DNA of 48,227 nt from Planctomycetota bacterium. Its GTDB lineage: Bacteria > Planctomycetota > PLA2 > JAEUHO01. The DNA lies in assembly GCA_965223505.1 (NCBI GenBank), contig CBDCWP010000014.1, positions 1 to 48,227 of the forward strand, given 5' to 3'. The translations under genes were made by a program, and so were the position numbers. Positions within the stretch are counted from its first letter, which is position 1. Each line of letters begins with the position of its first letter. Shown piece by piece: positions 1 to 10,894 of this stretch. The notes under the pieces were generated by a model that was given only the letters and a program-made list of their open reading frames with translations, made no database searches and was not told the origin of the DNA.

Positions 1-225
1 CACCTCCTTGAGTCCGAGCAGCTCGTCCACGAGCATCCATGCGTCGACGTGGTCCTTGCGGACGAGCTTCTTCATCGCGTCTTTGTCTTCGGACGCGAGC
101 GCGTCCATGACGCGGCGAAGCAGCGTGCGCTTCTCGCCGTCCTTCTTCTCGTCTTCGGCATGCGCATGGACACCGAGCGCGAGAAGTAGGGCGAGAGCAG
201 CGAGGAAGAGCGCGGTGCGGGGCAT
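1..225 (-). CDS. Secreted protein of unknown function, N-terminal part only (runs off the window)
   Basis: Manual translation from ATG at 225 gives MPRTALFLAALALLLALGVHAHAEDEKK..., a Sec-type signal peptide with AHA cleavage site. Open to position 1. TAAGAT -10-like hexamer 6 nt upstream. Confidence 0.75.
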   Translation of the reverse strand, partial: MPRTALFLAALALLLALGVHAHAEDEKKDGEKRTLLRRVMDALASEDKDAMKKLVRKDHVDAWMLVDELLGLKEV

Positions 226-289
226 CGAGGGATCTTACTGCCGTTCGTCGGCGTTCGCAGTTCCGGACGGGCGTGGCTATGCTGACGAC

Positions 290-3200
290 GTGCTGACGCG
301 CGTCACCATCGGCGCGGGCCTCGTGCTCGCGTACTTCGCCCTCTGTGCGCCCGCGTGGGCGGAAGAAGAAGAGGACGCTCCGACGGAAGTGCCGGTCACG
401 GTCACCGCCGAGGTCGACGAGAGCGACCTCGAGACCCTCGGGACGTTCGAGCTCAAGCTGACGTTCATGCCGGAGGAGGACGTCGGCCGACCGTACCGGA
501 TCGAGCTGCGGCTGCTTCATCGCGGTGTGGAGCTCGTCAACCTGGATCACTCGCCGCGTGTGCCTACAGCGGAATGGCGCAAGGGCGCGTCCGTCACATA
601 CGCACTCCCGGTGCCGGTGCCGCTGAACGCCGGCCTGCCCGCGGGCGACGAGCTCGCCGTGTCGCTGCGGTTCTTCGATCCCGCGCTCGAGAAACACGTG
701 CGCTGCCGCAGCGCGTCGCGCGTCGCGCACGTCAAGGTGCCCGACTTCGGGCCCGTCGACGATCCGGCGCTACAGCAGGCCATCCTCGACCGCGCGCGCG
801 CGCTGGCCGGCGAAGGCCGCAAGGCCGACGCGTGGCGCGCGCTCGAGATGGGCATTCGCCGCGCGGTCGAGGACGCGACCAAGTACCGCTTCCGCGACGA
901 GATCACGTCGATGGGGCACTTCGCGCCCACCCCGCTGAGCTTGCTCGAGCAGCAGATCGTCGAACAGCGCGTGGAAGCGGAGCGCCGCCGCTACCTGCGT
1001 TTGATGGCGGGCCGCTACTTCGACCGCGGCAAGCTCTTCGCCGCCCTGCGCATTCTCGAGTTCGTCGGCGGCAAGGTGTCCGAAGAGGCGGGCGCCGCGG
1101 TCATCGGCGCACTGGCCGAGGCCAAGCGAGCGCAGAAGGACATTCTCGACATCAAGCTGCGCATCGTCGGGAAGATCAGCGACGAGGACAAGGCCAAGGC
1201 GCAGAAGGCCATCCAGAAGCACGGACTCACGAAGGCGTTGCTCGACAAGGCGGTCTCGTGGTTCGAGGCGAAGGAGTACGCGCCGGCGCGCTGGATCTTC
1301 CGCGAGCTCAGCATCACGGGCGGCGACGGGCTCCAGACCGACGCCAAACAGAGACTCGACGCGCTCGAAGCGGCGTGGGTGGCCGACACGCCCGAGGACC
1401 AGCAGAAGCTGGTGGACGAAGCCGCGAACCACCCCGCCTTCGGTCGCGTCGCCGCGGTGCCGAGCCACAACTTCATCTACATCGGCCCGCAGATTCTCGT
1501 GCAGTCGATTCCGAACCCGTCGAAGCTGCGGTTCGATCTCTCGTTCGTCTTCCTGACGGACCTGTTCGGGCGCGTCCCCAACCCCGGCGGCGACCGCGTC
1601 ACGGTCTTCTTCAAGGAGCTGTGGGACTTCGGCGGCGGCCAGGGCGGCGGCAAGATCATCGACATCGGCAAGGCGGATCCCGACCGTCGCGGCTACCGCG
1701 TGGACACCGGCCTGCTGTATCACGAGCTCACGCACTGCATCGACGACACCAATCCCATCTTGAACGGCTTCCGCGAGGGGCTCGCCAACATGGGGGCGGC
1801 CTACAGCTTCGATGCGCTCGGCCAGCGGGGCGACACGCTGCACGCCTTCGGCGCGAACCTCGGCGCGTTCCAGAAGGACTACGTCGAACGCGACCTGCCG
1901 TACTGGCGGATCCAGAGCTACGGTCCGAGCGCGGGGTTCTTCCTGCACTTCATCGCGAAGCACTCGCGAACCGACAAGGGCAACGACTGGAAGCCGTACC
2001 GGCAGTTCTTCCGGGCGTACCGCGCCGCGCCTGTGAGGGACGGCCGCGAGCCGTACGTCGCGCGCGCGATCGTCTACTACATGATGCGCGCCTTCGGGCC
2101 CGCCGTCTTCGACGACTTCATCCGGTTCCGGTTTCCGTTGGTGCCGAGCGACCGCGAGGCCGTGAAACACGAGATGGAGGCGTTCGCGAAGGGCGACTAC
2201 GCCGTGGCGCGCGCCAAGGAGCGTTTGGAGAAGTTCCCCAACTCACCCTTGCCGCGCGATCTGTGGGCGCGGCGCATGATCTCGCTGCACAACGACGGCG
2301 GCGACGAAGACGAGGTGCGGCGCATCAGCAAGCACGAGCTCGGCATCATCCACGACTGGCGGGTGATCGGGCCCTTCTCCAGCAAGGGCGCGGATCCCAT
2401 GGCGTTCGTGTTCCCGCCGCAGTACGAGATCGACTTCGAGAAGGACTACAAGAGCGAGAACAACGTTTGCAAGTGGCGCACCGCCGGCGGGACGCCGTAT
2501 GTGAAGATCGACGCGACCGGCTGGGTGGACTTCAACTTCAACTATCAGGACAACACGGCGACGTACGCGCTGACCCACGTCACGGTACCGGACGACGTGG
2601 ACGCCGCGATTCACGTCCGCATGGACGACGACTTCGTCCTGTTCGTCAACGACGAGCTCGTCGACGGCTACCGCAACCGCGGGCAGAACGGCAGCTCGCT
2701 GGTCTGGTGGCGCGGGCCGTACAGCAAGCACGCGCCGGACGCGATGAAGCTCGCGTGCAAGCTGCGCAAGGGACGCAACAAGCTGCTCTTGAAGGTGAAG
2801 AACCGGCGCGGCAAGGCGGGCTTCGTCCTCGCGGTCGCGCGCACGGACGGGCGGGCGATCGAAGGACTGAAGGCCGACACCGAGGTTCCGGAGCCGCCAG
2901 TCGAGGTCGAGCGGCGCAAGGACCGCTGGAAGACGGTCGTGAAGCACCGGTTCACGACCAAGTCGTTCTCGTCGAAGCTCGAGACGAAGGTCGGCAAGTT
3001 CAAGGTCGTGAACCAGCTCCTGCAGGGCGAGTCGACCGACAAGGGCGTCGGGTGGCGCAAGTACACCGTGCGTCCGGGGTTCCCGAAGGACTCGCCGTCG
3101 AACCTGTTCTGGATCAAGTCGAAGTTCACCAAGGACGTCGACGACTTTCGATTGACGCTGGATCTGGCGCCGCAGGGCGATCCGAAGTTCGTGCTCACGT

Positions 3201-3568
3201 TCATGGGCGAGGGCGGCGGCGACGGGCTCTCGGGCTGGAATCTGATCGTGCACGGGAAGGGGAAGGGCCGGGTGGCCGCGCGGCTGGAGCGCTACGACAA
3301 TCTCGTCTATCAGGTGGCGCCGCTCGAGTACCGGGCCAAGCCGAAGAAAGGCAAGAAAGAGAAGAAGCCGCCGAAGGTCGAGGAGATCGTGCCGTTGATC
3401 GTGGTGTACGAGGACCAGCGGCTGAGTGTGCGACTGGGGGACGTGGACTTGTTGAAGGACGTGTCGATCACGCCGATTCCGAATCGACGGCGGATCGGGG
3501 TTTCGACATTCGGGCCCAAGCTGCGGTTTGCCGCCTTCAAGTTGGAGAAGACCAACCAGAAGCGGTAG
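290..3568 (+). CDS. Large secreted protein with gluzincin-like metallopeptidase motif and C-terminal beta-rich domains
   Basis: Within ORF 8..3568. Likely start GTG 290 gives a signal peptide (VLTRVTIGAGLVLAYFALCAPAWA|EEE). Contains LLYHELTH...FREGLA (HExxH plus downstream EG). Beta-strand-rich C-terminal half. Confidence 0.7.
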   Translation: MLTRVTIGAGLVLAYFALCAPAWAEEEEDAPTEVPVTVTAEVDESDLETLGTFELKLTFMPEEDVGRPYRIELRLLHRGVELVNLDHSPRVPTAEWRKGASVTYALPVPVPLNAGLPAGDELAVSLRFFDPALEKHVRCRSASRVAHVKVPDFGPVDDPALQQAILDRARALAGEGRKADAWRALEMGIRRAVEDATKYRFRDEITSMGHFAPTPLSLLEQQIVEQRVEAERRRYLRLMAGRYFDRGKLFAALRILEFVGGKVSEEAGAAVIGALAEAKRAQKDILDIKLRIVGKISDEDKAKAQKAIQKHGLTKALLDKAVSWFEAKEYAPARWIFRELSITGGDGLQTDAKQRLDALEAAWVADTPEDQQKLVDEAANHPAFGRVAAVPSHNFIYIGPQILVQSIPNPSKLRFDLSFVFLTDLFGRVPNPGGDRVTVFFKELWDFGGGQGGGKIIDIGKADPDRRGYRVDTGLLYHELTHCIDDTNPILNGFREGLANMGAAYSFDALGQRGDTLHAFGANLGAFQKDYVERDLPYWRIQSYGPSAGFFLHFIAKHSRTDKGNDWKPYRQFFRAYRAAPVRDGREPYVARAIVYYMMRAFGPAVFDDFIRFRFPLVPSDREAVKHEMEAFAKGDYAVARAKERLEKFPNSPLPRDLWARRMISLHNDGGDEDEVRRISKHELGIIHDWRVIGPFSSKGADPMAFVFPPQYEIDFEKDYKSENNVCKWRTAGGTPYVKIDATGWVDFNFNYQDNTATYALTHVTVPDDVDAAIHVRMDDDFVLFVNDELVDGYRNRGQNGSSLVWWRGPYSKHAPDAMKLACKLRKGRNKLLLKVKNRRGKAGFVLAVARTDGRAIEGLKADTEVPEPPVEVERRKDRWKTVVKHRFTTKSFSSKLETKVGKFKVVNQLLQGESTDKGVGWRKYTVRPGFPKDSPSNLFWIKSKFTKDVDDFRLTLDLAPQGDPKFVLTFMGEGGGDGLSGWNLIVHGKGKGRVAARLERYDNLVYQVAPLEYRAKPKKGKKEKKPPKVEEIVPLIVVYEDQRLSVRLGDVDLLKDVSITPIPNRRRIGVSTFGPKLRFAAFKLEKTNQKR

Positions 3569-3663
3569 GGGTGTGCACGCGGGGCCGCCGTTCGGCCTGC
3601 GTGGGGTCTCGCGGCGTGTACGCCGGTGGTGGCATCTCCCTGCGCTCACACGCTCTCGTTCGC

Positions 3664-3758
3664 GGGCGGGGTCGAGCCCCGCCCCTACGGAACGCAGGCG
3701 CGCACCTCATTGGGCAGCCACAAGGGCTGCCCCTACAAGCCACAAGGGCTGCCCCTAC
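3664..3758 (-). repeat. Cluster of GTAG-type REP palindromes between convergent genes
   Basis: Minus strand reads GTAG-GGGCGGGG-CTCGA-CCCCGCCC (3664-3688), GTAG-GGGCAGCC-CTTGT-GGCTGCCC (3712-3736) and a partial copy of the latter (3738-3758). Confidence 0.75.
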
Positions 3759-4834
3759 TCAGGCGGCAAGGCCGCGCAACAACCTCCGCCTCCCGCCGCG
3801 GCTTCGAGATTCCCGCCCGCGGTCTCCCCGCCCGCTTCCGCGTAGCCGACGATGCCGCCCTCGATCACCGTCAGCCCGCGCACGCCCATCGACGAGAGCG
3901 CCTGCCGCGCGTTCTCGGCGCGAATGCCGTGCGCGCACAGCATCAACCGCGGCGCCGGCGTCTCGCAGACCTCTTCGACCCGGGACAGGATCTGATCGAG
4001 CACGATGTGCCGCGAACCGGGAATGTGCGCGGCCTTCACCTCGTCGTCCGTGCGCACGTCGATGACCGTGCCCGCGCCGCCGCCCTTCACGATCGCGACG
4101 GCCTCCGCGGCGGAGATCACCGGTGGGATCGCAACGCCTTCGCGGTTCAGCTTCAGAAGCGCGGCCATGTTCGCCGGCTCTTCCGGCGGATTCGCCGTCA
4201 GGCTCGCGACGAAACGGTCGCGATCCTCGATGCGCAGCCACGGATTGTCCGCCTTCTCGCTGCCGATCGTGCTGTGCACGCGATTGTTGTAGTCGTGCCC
4301 CGGATACAGCACGGTGTCGTCCGGCAGCGTGAGCATCACGTCGTGGATGCTGTCGAAGAGCTGGCCGGCGTCGCCGCCCAGGAAGTCGGTGCGCGCGACG
4401 CCGCCGATGAACAAGGTGTCGCCCGAGAACAGTGCGCCGTCGCTGACGAGCACGAGGTGGTCCGGCGTGTGTCCCGGCGTGTGGCGCACCGTGACCGTGT
4501 GGTTTCCGAGCGCCAGCGTCTCGCCGTCGTCCGGCGTCAGCGACACGCCGGCGTGACCCGCGTCGCGGTGGGCGACGCGTTCGGCGCGCAGGGCTCCGGC
4601 GAGCGCGCCCGCGCCGGACGGGTGATCGGCGTGCGTGTGCGTGTCGACCACCCAGCGAGCGCGGAAGCCCGCCTGTTCGATGGCGGCGCTCGCGTGCGCG
4701 ACGAGATCGAGATGGGCGTCGACGACGAGCGCCTCCTTCGACGCGGGATCGCACACGAGATAGCCGCGGCAACCCTGGGGATGGAGGAACGGCGTCACCG
4801 CGAGGGCGCCGACAGTCGTCGTTTCGGGCGTCAT
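3755..4834 (-). CDS. MBL-fold persulfide dioxygenase (ETHE1-like)-rhodanese fusion
   Basis: THTHADH metal motif, TPGHT, GDTLF...ARTDF, YPGHDY. C-terminal rhodanese domain (IDVR...HIPGS, active-site loop CAHGIRA). Start 4834 (alternative 4843). Confidence 0.85.
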   Translation of the reverse strand: MTPETTTVGALAVTPFLHPQGCRGYLVCDPASKEALVVDAHLDLVAHASAAIEQAGFRARWVVDTHTHADHPSGAGALAGALRAERVAHRDAGHAGVSLTPDDGETLALGNHTVTVRHTPGHTPDHLVLVSDGALFSGDTLFIGGVARTDFLGGDAGQLFDSIHDVMLTLPDDTVLYPGHDYNNRVHSTIGSEKADNPWLRIEDRDRFVASLTANPPEEPANMAALLKLNREGVAIPPVISAAEAVAIVKGGGAGTVIDVRTDDEVKAAHIPGSRHIVLDQILSRVEEVCETPAPRLMLCAHGIRAENARQALSSMGVRGLTVIEGGIVGYAEAGGETAGGNLEAAAGGGGCCAALPPE

Positions 4835-4857
4835 GCCCGCCATGCTACCGGAACGCC

Positions 4858-6371
4858 CTAGTCGTGGCGCAGCGCCTTGACGGGATCGATGCGCGACGCG
4901 CGATATGCGGGGTACAGGCTCGCGAGCATCGCGACCACCATCGCCAGCAGCGGGCCGGCGACCGGCAGCCACGCGGGGATCTGGAACACGCCGGTCCGCA
5001 GCGGGAAGGTCGCCCGTTCGGCGATCAAGCTCGCCGCCAGGTCCTCGCCCGGGATCATCAGCAGGACCGCGAGGCCCAGGCCGAGCAGCCCGCCGAACAG
5101 CCCGATCAACGCGGCTTCGAGGAGAAAGACGGACCGCACCTGCCCGTTCGTCGCGCCGACGGCCTTCCACAGTCCGATCTCGCGCGTGCGTTCCAACACA
5201 CTCGTCACCATCGTGTTCACGATCCCCAGCGCCGCGACGATCAGCGCGATGCTCGTCAGGAACGCGATGATGATCGTGATCGCGCCGACGGTCGTTTCGA
5301 TCGTGTCCACTACGGACGCCACGCTGTAGGCGGAGTAGCCGCGTGTGCGCAGCGCGCTCTCGACGCTCTTCGCGTTCTCGGGCTGGTCGACCATCACGAG
5401 CGCGCGGCCGAAGCCCAGCTCCTGGTTGAAGCTCGACGACAGGTACATCGCGACGGCCGTCTCGTGGGGCATGAACAGGTCGACCTGCCATGCGTTGCCG
5501 TCCTCGATGACGTTGAACGGGTCGCTCGGCTCCAGCTCCCGTACGACGCCGACGATCTTCAGCTCGTACGTCGCGGGCTCGGTCTCCACGACCTCGCCGC
5601 CGCCGAACGCCTTGATGATCTTGTCGATGATCTTCGGCAGCGCCTCGCGCTCTTCGTCCGTGAAGCTGGGAAGGTCGAGGTTGCGCGCGATCGCGAGGAT
5701 GTCCGGCGGGATGCTGCCCATCGCGCCGCCCTGGATCGTCTCGAGCGTGACCGTCCGGCCGACGAGGCCGTCGAGCTCTTCGATCGTGACGTAGCCCCAC
5801 TGGTACGCCAGGTACTCGTGAACGAGCACCTCGCGCGCGTCGTGTCCGCTCAGGTACGAGCCGGCGATGAGCCGGTCCTTGCAGCGTCCGCGGCGCGTGT
5901 CGATCCCCAGCGTCGCCGCGGCGTCCTTGCCGTGCTCGCCGGCGCGGGCGTTGTAGCGCTCCACGACGATCGGCGACACCGAGACGACGTGGTCGATCTC
6001 CCGAACGCTGTCGAGCGCCGCCGCGTCGATGGTCTGTGCGCGGCGGCCGATGTAGGTGCCCGGCCGCGTCCGTGCCAACGCCGCACGGCGCATCCGATCG
6101 CGGCGCGCATCCGTCATGTCCCCGACGATCTCGACCTCCTTGTCGTCGGTGATCTGATTGCCGAACCCGGGGGAGAGGCCGATCTGGCGCAGGTTGTTCC
6201 CGCTGTCCACCGTCGAGCTGATCACGTTCGCCATGCCTTCGCCGAGCGAGATGATGAGCGTGAGCGCGAGCACGCCGATGAACACGCCCGACATCGTCAG
6301 CAGGTTGCGTCCGAGCTTGCGACGCAGACCGTCGAGCGCGAGCGCGATCATGCCGAAGCGTCCGGGGCCGC

Positions 6372-6375
<4 letters not shown>
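4858..6375 (-). CDS. ABC transporter permease, MacB/FtsX family
   Basis: N-terminal TM (LLTMSGVFIGVLALTLIISLGEG), large periplasmic domain, GIVNTMVTSVLERTREIGLWKAVGA motif, C-terminal ASLYPAYRASRIDPVKALR. GTG 6375 overlaps the ATPase stop (alternative ATG 6351). Confidence 0.9.
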
Positions 6376-7073
<698 letters not shown>

Positions 7074-7140
7074 GGGAGCGAGATTCTAGGTCCTGGGGGA
7101 GGGCGGGCAGAGGCGGGGCCGCGAGTATCCTCGATCGTCC

Positions 7141-7557
7141 ATGTTCCAGCACGAGCTCGTCATCCGCCTGCGCCACACCGACGCCGCGGGCGTGATGTTC
7201 TTCGCGCGGATCTTCGATGTCGCGCACGAGGCGTACGAGGCCATGCTGGAGTCGATCGGCCATCCGATCCCGGCGGAGCTCTCGCGCGCGTTGCACGTGA
7301 TTCCGATCGTGCGTGCGGAGGCCGACTATCGGACGGCGTTGCGCATGGGGGACCGGGTGCGCGTGGACGTGATCGTCGAGAAGGTCGGGAGCCGTTCGTT
7401 CACGTTGAGATACGTGCTGTCGAAGTCGCACGGCAACGTCGCTGGCGAGGTGAAGACCGTTCACGTGGTCGTGAGTTCGGAGACGGGCAAGGCGGTCGCG
7501 ATGCCCGATGACTTCCGCGGCGCCCTGCTCGGGCTGGGCGGCACGAAGTCCGAGTAG
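7141..7557 (+). CDS. Hotdog-fold acyl-CoA thioesterase (4HBT family), probable 1,4-dihydroxy-2-naphthoyl-CoA hydrolase
   Basis: TDAAGVMFFA motif of 4HBT-I thioesterases. Lies directly convergent on the men operon. Confidence 0.75.
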   Translation: MFQHELVIRLRHTDAAGVMFFARIFDVAHEAYEAMLESIGHPIPAELSRALHVIPIVRAEADYRTALRMGDRVRVDVIVEKVGSRSFTLRYVLSKSHGNVAGEVKTVHVVVSSETGKAVAMPDDFRGALLGLGGTKSE

Positions 7558-7563
7558 GGGCCG

Positions 7564-8913
7564 TCACAATCCCGTCAACCGGTCGCGATCCTCGACGAGC
7601 GCTTCCAGATGCCGCGCTTCGACGTCGCCGTCCGGCATGCGCCAGAAACGATCCGGCACCTTGAACCCCGGGACGTGCTCGCGCAGCTGGGACCGCAGCT
7701 CATCCGCCGAAACCGGCTCGTCGAGCCGCACGAACGCTTCCGGGCGCTGCCCGTACTGCGCGTTCGGCACCGACACCACGATCGCCCGTTCGACCGACGG
7801 CAACGACTCCAACGCAGACTCGATCTCCTCGGGATGGACGTTCTCGCCCCCCGAGACGAACATCCGGTCGCGGCGGCCCTGGACGAACAACACGCCGCGA
7901 TCGTCCACGTAGCCCATGTCGCCGGTGCCGAACATGCCGTCCGGATCGCGCGGATCGACGAGTCCCTCGTCCGACACGTAACCCGCGAACAACGTCGGCC
8001 CGCCGACCCGCACCTCGCCGTCGGCGGCGATCTCCATCGCGCGGTCTGCGAGCGCAGTCCCCGCCGCGTCCGGTGATCGAACGACCTCTGGATCGGAGCT
8101 CGCCGCCACCATCGCCGTGGTCTCCGTCGATCCGTAGCTCACGAACAGCGGCACGCCGTCGTCGCGCAACGCCCGCAGATCTTGCGGAATCGCGCTGCCG
8201 CCCAGCAGCACGCACTTCAGACGCCGCAGACCATCCGCGCCCGCGTCGTCCACGAAACGCGCGAGCTGGGTCGTCACGGCCGACATGTGCGTCGGCCGCA
8301 GCGTTTCGAGCGCGTCGCCGGTCAGCCCCGAAGACGGAGCGGCGACGACGCCGTCCGTGACCGCCGCGCGAACCAGGATGCTCAGCCCGCCGACGTGAAA
8401 GAGCGGAAGCGAGAGCAACCACGTGTCGCCGGGCTCGAAGTCGACGGCCGCGCGCGCGGTCTCGGCCGCGACGATGTGGTTTTCGAGTGTGTGCGCCGCG
8501 ATCTTCGGCCGCCCGCTCGACCCGGACGTTCTAAGCAGTGTCGCGATCCCGGGCAGCTCGAAGCGCCGGCCGACGGCGGCGACCGCGACGTCGTCCGTCG
8601 TGCCGACGAGCTGCGCACACGCACGCGCGTCGGCGAGCACCCGCTGGACGACCGCCTCCGGCTCGCGATGGCTGATCGGGAACGCGATCGCGCCGAGTGT
8701 CCAGATGCCGAAGAACGCGCACAGCATGTCCTCGACAGAGAGCCCGCGCAGCGCGACGACGTCGCCTGCCTGGATGCCGCGGCTGCTCAACCGACCGGCG
8801 ATGTCGTCGGCGCGCTGCCGAAGCTCGCTGCCCGAGCGCGTCGAGCCGTCCTCGAACCGAAGGAACGTCGCGTCCCCGCGCCGGGAAAGCGCTTCGACGA
8901 GCCGGTCTCGCAT
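7564..8913 (-). CDS. menE: o-succinylbenzoate-CoA ligase
   Basis: TSGSSGRPK AMP-binding motif, WLLSLPLFHVGG, YGSTET, TGDMG, SGGENVHPEEIE. ATG 8913 overlaps the menC stop. Confidence 0.9.
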   Translation of the reverse strand: MRDRLVEALSRRGDATFLRFEDGSTRSGSELRQRADDIAGRLSSRGIQAGDVVALRGLSVEDMLCAFFGIWTLGAIAFPISHREPEAVVQRVLADARACAQLVGTTDDVAVAAVGRRFELPGIATLLRTSGSSGRPKIAAHTLENHIVAAETARAAVDFEPGDTWLLSLPLFHVGGLSILVRAAVTDGVVAAPSSGLTGDALETLRPTHMSAVTTQLARFVDDAGADGLRRLKCVLLGGSAIPQDLRALRDDGVPLFVSYGSTETTAMVAASSDPEVVRSPDAAGTALADRAMEIAADGEVRVGGPTLFAGYVSDEGLVDPRDPDGMFGTGDMGYVDDRGVLFVQGRRDRMFVSGGENVHPEEIESALESLPSVERAIVVSVPNAQYGQRPEAFVRLDEPVSADELRSQLREHVPGFKVPDRFWRMPDGDVEARHLEALVEDRDRLTGL

Positions 8914-10004
8914 CACACGCCGGCCTTGGCCCAACCCGCGGCCTGGAGGAACATCTCCCCGGGCTTGCCGCACCAGTTGTCGATCCCCACGTGTCCCTGG
9001 CTCGAGTCGAACGGCACGTCGAGCAGGTCCGTGGCGAGCACGATGTCGGTGCCGAGCCCCACGGGCACGGCCTCGTCCATGCCCGCCGCGGCGGCCGCCG
9101 CCCACTGCGCCTGCATCCACAACCCCAGCCCGGTCTCGAGGCAGCTGCTGACGACGAACGACACGCCGGCCGCGTCGGCCTCCTTGGCCTTCGCTTCGAG
9201 CGCCCGACGTCCGCCGTGCACCGACGGCTTGTAGATCCACGCGTCGACGCAGTCGATGCCGCGCATGTTCGGGCCACCGAGGCTCTCATCGAGCGCGATC
9301 GAATGTCCCGTTCGGTCCTGCAGCGCCGCGAGATCGTTCACGTTCTCCAGCGGCTCCTCCAGGTACTCGACGCGCTCCGGATCGAGCTCGCCGAACAACG
9401 CGAGCGCCGACGCCAGGTCCAACCCGCGATTGGCGTCGAGGCGCAACCGCACCGACTTCGGCAGCGTCCCGGCGAACAACTTCAGCATCTCGCGATCCTG
9501 CTCGAGCGGCTGTCGCGCGACCTTGATCTTCACGCTCGGGTACTTGCGGTAGATCTCGTGCTCCAGAACGGCCTTCGCGTCGTCGACCGATCCAGAGAAG
9601 AACCCATTGACGTGCAGCGACGTCGGCGCGTCGCGCCCGTTCAGGCGCGCGGGCACGGTCTTCTCCTTGGTCGCCCGCAGGCCGTCCCAGGCGGACTCCA
9701 GTGCGAACACCAGCGTCGGCGGCAGATCGGAGAGCCCATCGAACAACTGCTCGGGGGCGTCGAGCGTTTGCCCGGCGATCCGTTCCGCGACGTCCTTGAG
9801 ACGCATCTGCACCTCGTCGCGCGACTCCTGGTGCAGGCCCAGCAGGGGAACGGCCTCGCCGTACCCTTCGTCGCCGTCCTCGTCGAGCAAGCGCACGACG
9901 ATGCCCTCGCGCTCGTGGATCTCGTGTCCGCCAACGGTCGCCACTCCGCGTAGCGGCAACGCATACGGCATGACGCCGAGCTCTCGAATGGTCAGCGTGC
10001 TCAT
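8913..10004 (-). CDS. menC: o-succinylbenzoate synthase (enolase superfamily)
   Basis: GYGEAVPL, KIKV, RLDANR, YLEEP, ALDESL, KPS, SSCLETGLG motifs. Operon context; ATGA overlap with menA. Confidence 0.9.
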   Translation of the reverse strand: MSTLTIRELGVMPYALPLRGVATVGGHEIHEREGIVVRLLDEDGDEGYGEAVPLLGLHQESRDEVQMRLKDVAERIAGQTLDAPEQLFDGLSDLPPTLVFALESAWDGLRATKEKTVPARLNGRDAPTSLHVNGFFSGSVDDAKAVLEHEIYRKYPSVKIKVARQPLEQDREMLKLFAGTLPKSVRLRLDANRGLDLASALALFGELDPERVEYLEEPLENVNDLAALQDRTGHSIALDESLGGPNMRGIDCVDAWIYKPSVHGGRRALEAKAKEADAAGVSFVVSSCLETGLGLWMQAQWAAAAAAGMDEAVPVGLGTDIVLATDLLDVPFDSSQGHVGIDNWCGKPGEMFLQAAGWAKAGV

Positions 10005-10894
10005 AGGGCCCTCAGGATTCCGAAGAATGCGATCGCGTACACCATCAGCATTCCTCCCGTTGTCTGCAGCGGCTTCAGCAGGCGGTCGCCCGGCTGCGCC
10101 CGAATGACCTCGCGCACGGAACCGTAGAGCGCCGCGCAAATCAGTGCCGGGACGAGCCAACCTATCAGATCAAGGCCCGTCGTGGCGGCCAGGACGACCA
10201 CCGGAATCAGGCAGCCGAGAACGACGCACGCTGTGTAGAGCGCCTTCGCGAAGCTCGCGCCCAGGCGCACGGCCAGCGTGCGCTTGCCCGCCTCGCGGTC
10301 GGTCTCGACATCCCGCAGGTTGTTCACCGTCAGCAATGCCACCGAGAAGAACCCCGGACCCAGCCCGATCAAGGCGGCTGCGGGGCTGAGCTCGAGCGTC
10401 TGCACGTAGTGCGTGCCCGCGACCGCGACGGGACCGAAGAAGATCAGCACGGCGACGTCCGCCAGGCCGATGTAGCCCAGCGGCGCCGGGCCGCCCGTGT
10501 AGGTGACGCCCAAGAGGATCGCGCAGAGCCCGATGACGGCGACCGGCCACCCCGCGCGAAGCACGAGGTAGACGCCGATGCAGAACGCGATCGAGAACGC
10601 GTACAGGAACGCGTTGCGCATCGCCGTCGGCGCAACCAGGCCGGCCTGGGTCGCCCGCGTCGGTCCCAGGCGTTCCTCGGTGTCCGCGCCCTTCAGGAAG
10701 TCGAAGTAGTCGTTCGCGTAGTTGGTCCCGATCTGGATGAAGACCGCGCCCAGCAAGGCCGCCGCCGCGGCCAACGCGTGGAAGCCCTCGTCTCGAAGCG
10801 CCAAGGCCGTGCCCATGACGACGGGTGCGATGGCCGCCGCCCACGTCTTGGGCCGCGACGCGGCGAACCAGACACGAAGGGCGGGCGCGCTCAC
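10001..10894 (-). CDS. menA: 1,4-dihydroxy-2-naphthoate polyprenyltransferase
   Basis: ASRPKT, QIGTNYANDYFDFLKGAD, NNLRDVETDREAGKRTLAVRLG, multiple TM segments. GTG 10894 overlaps the menB stop. Confidence 0.92.
   Translation of the reverse strand: MSAPALRVWFAASRPKTWAAAIAPVVMGTALALRDEGFHALAAAAALLGAVFIQIGTNYANDYFDFLKGADTEERLGPTRATQAGLVAPTAMRNAFLYAFSIAFCIGVYLVLRAGWPVAVIGLCAILLGVTYTGGPAPLGYIGLADVAVLIFFGPVAVAGTHYVQTLELSPAAALIGLGPGFFSVALLTVNNLRDVETDREAGKRTLAVRLGASFAKALYTACVVLGCLIPVVVLAATTGLDLIGWLVPALICAALYGSVREVIRAQPGDRLLKPLQTTGGMLMVYAIAFFGILRAL

Noticed and set aside
355..4065. Long alternative-frame and antisense ORFs (e.g. 355..4065, 23351..26464, 12535..15099, 37297..39891)
   Set aside because: Arg/Ala/Pro-rich shadow frames of real genes, expected in high-GC DNA, with no motifs.
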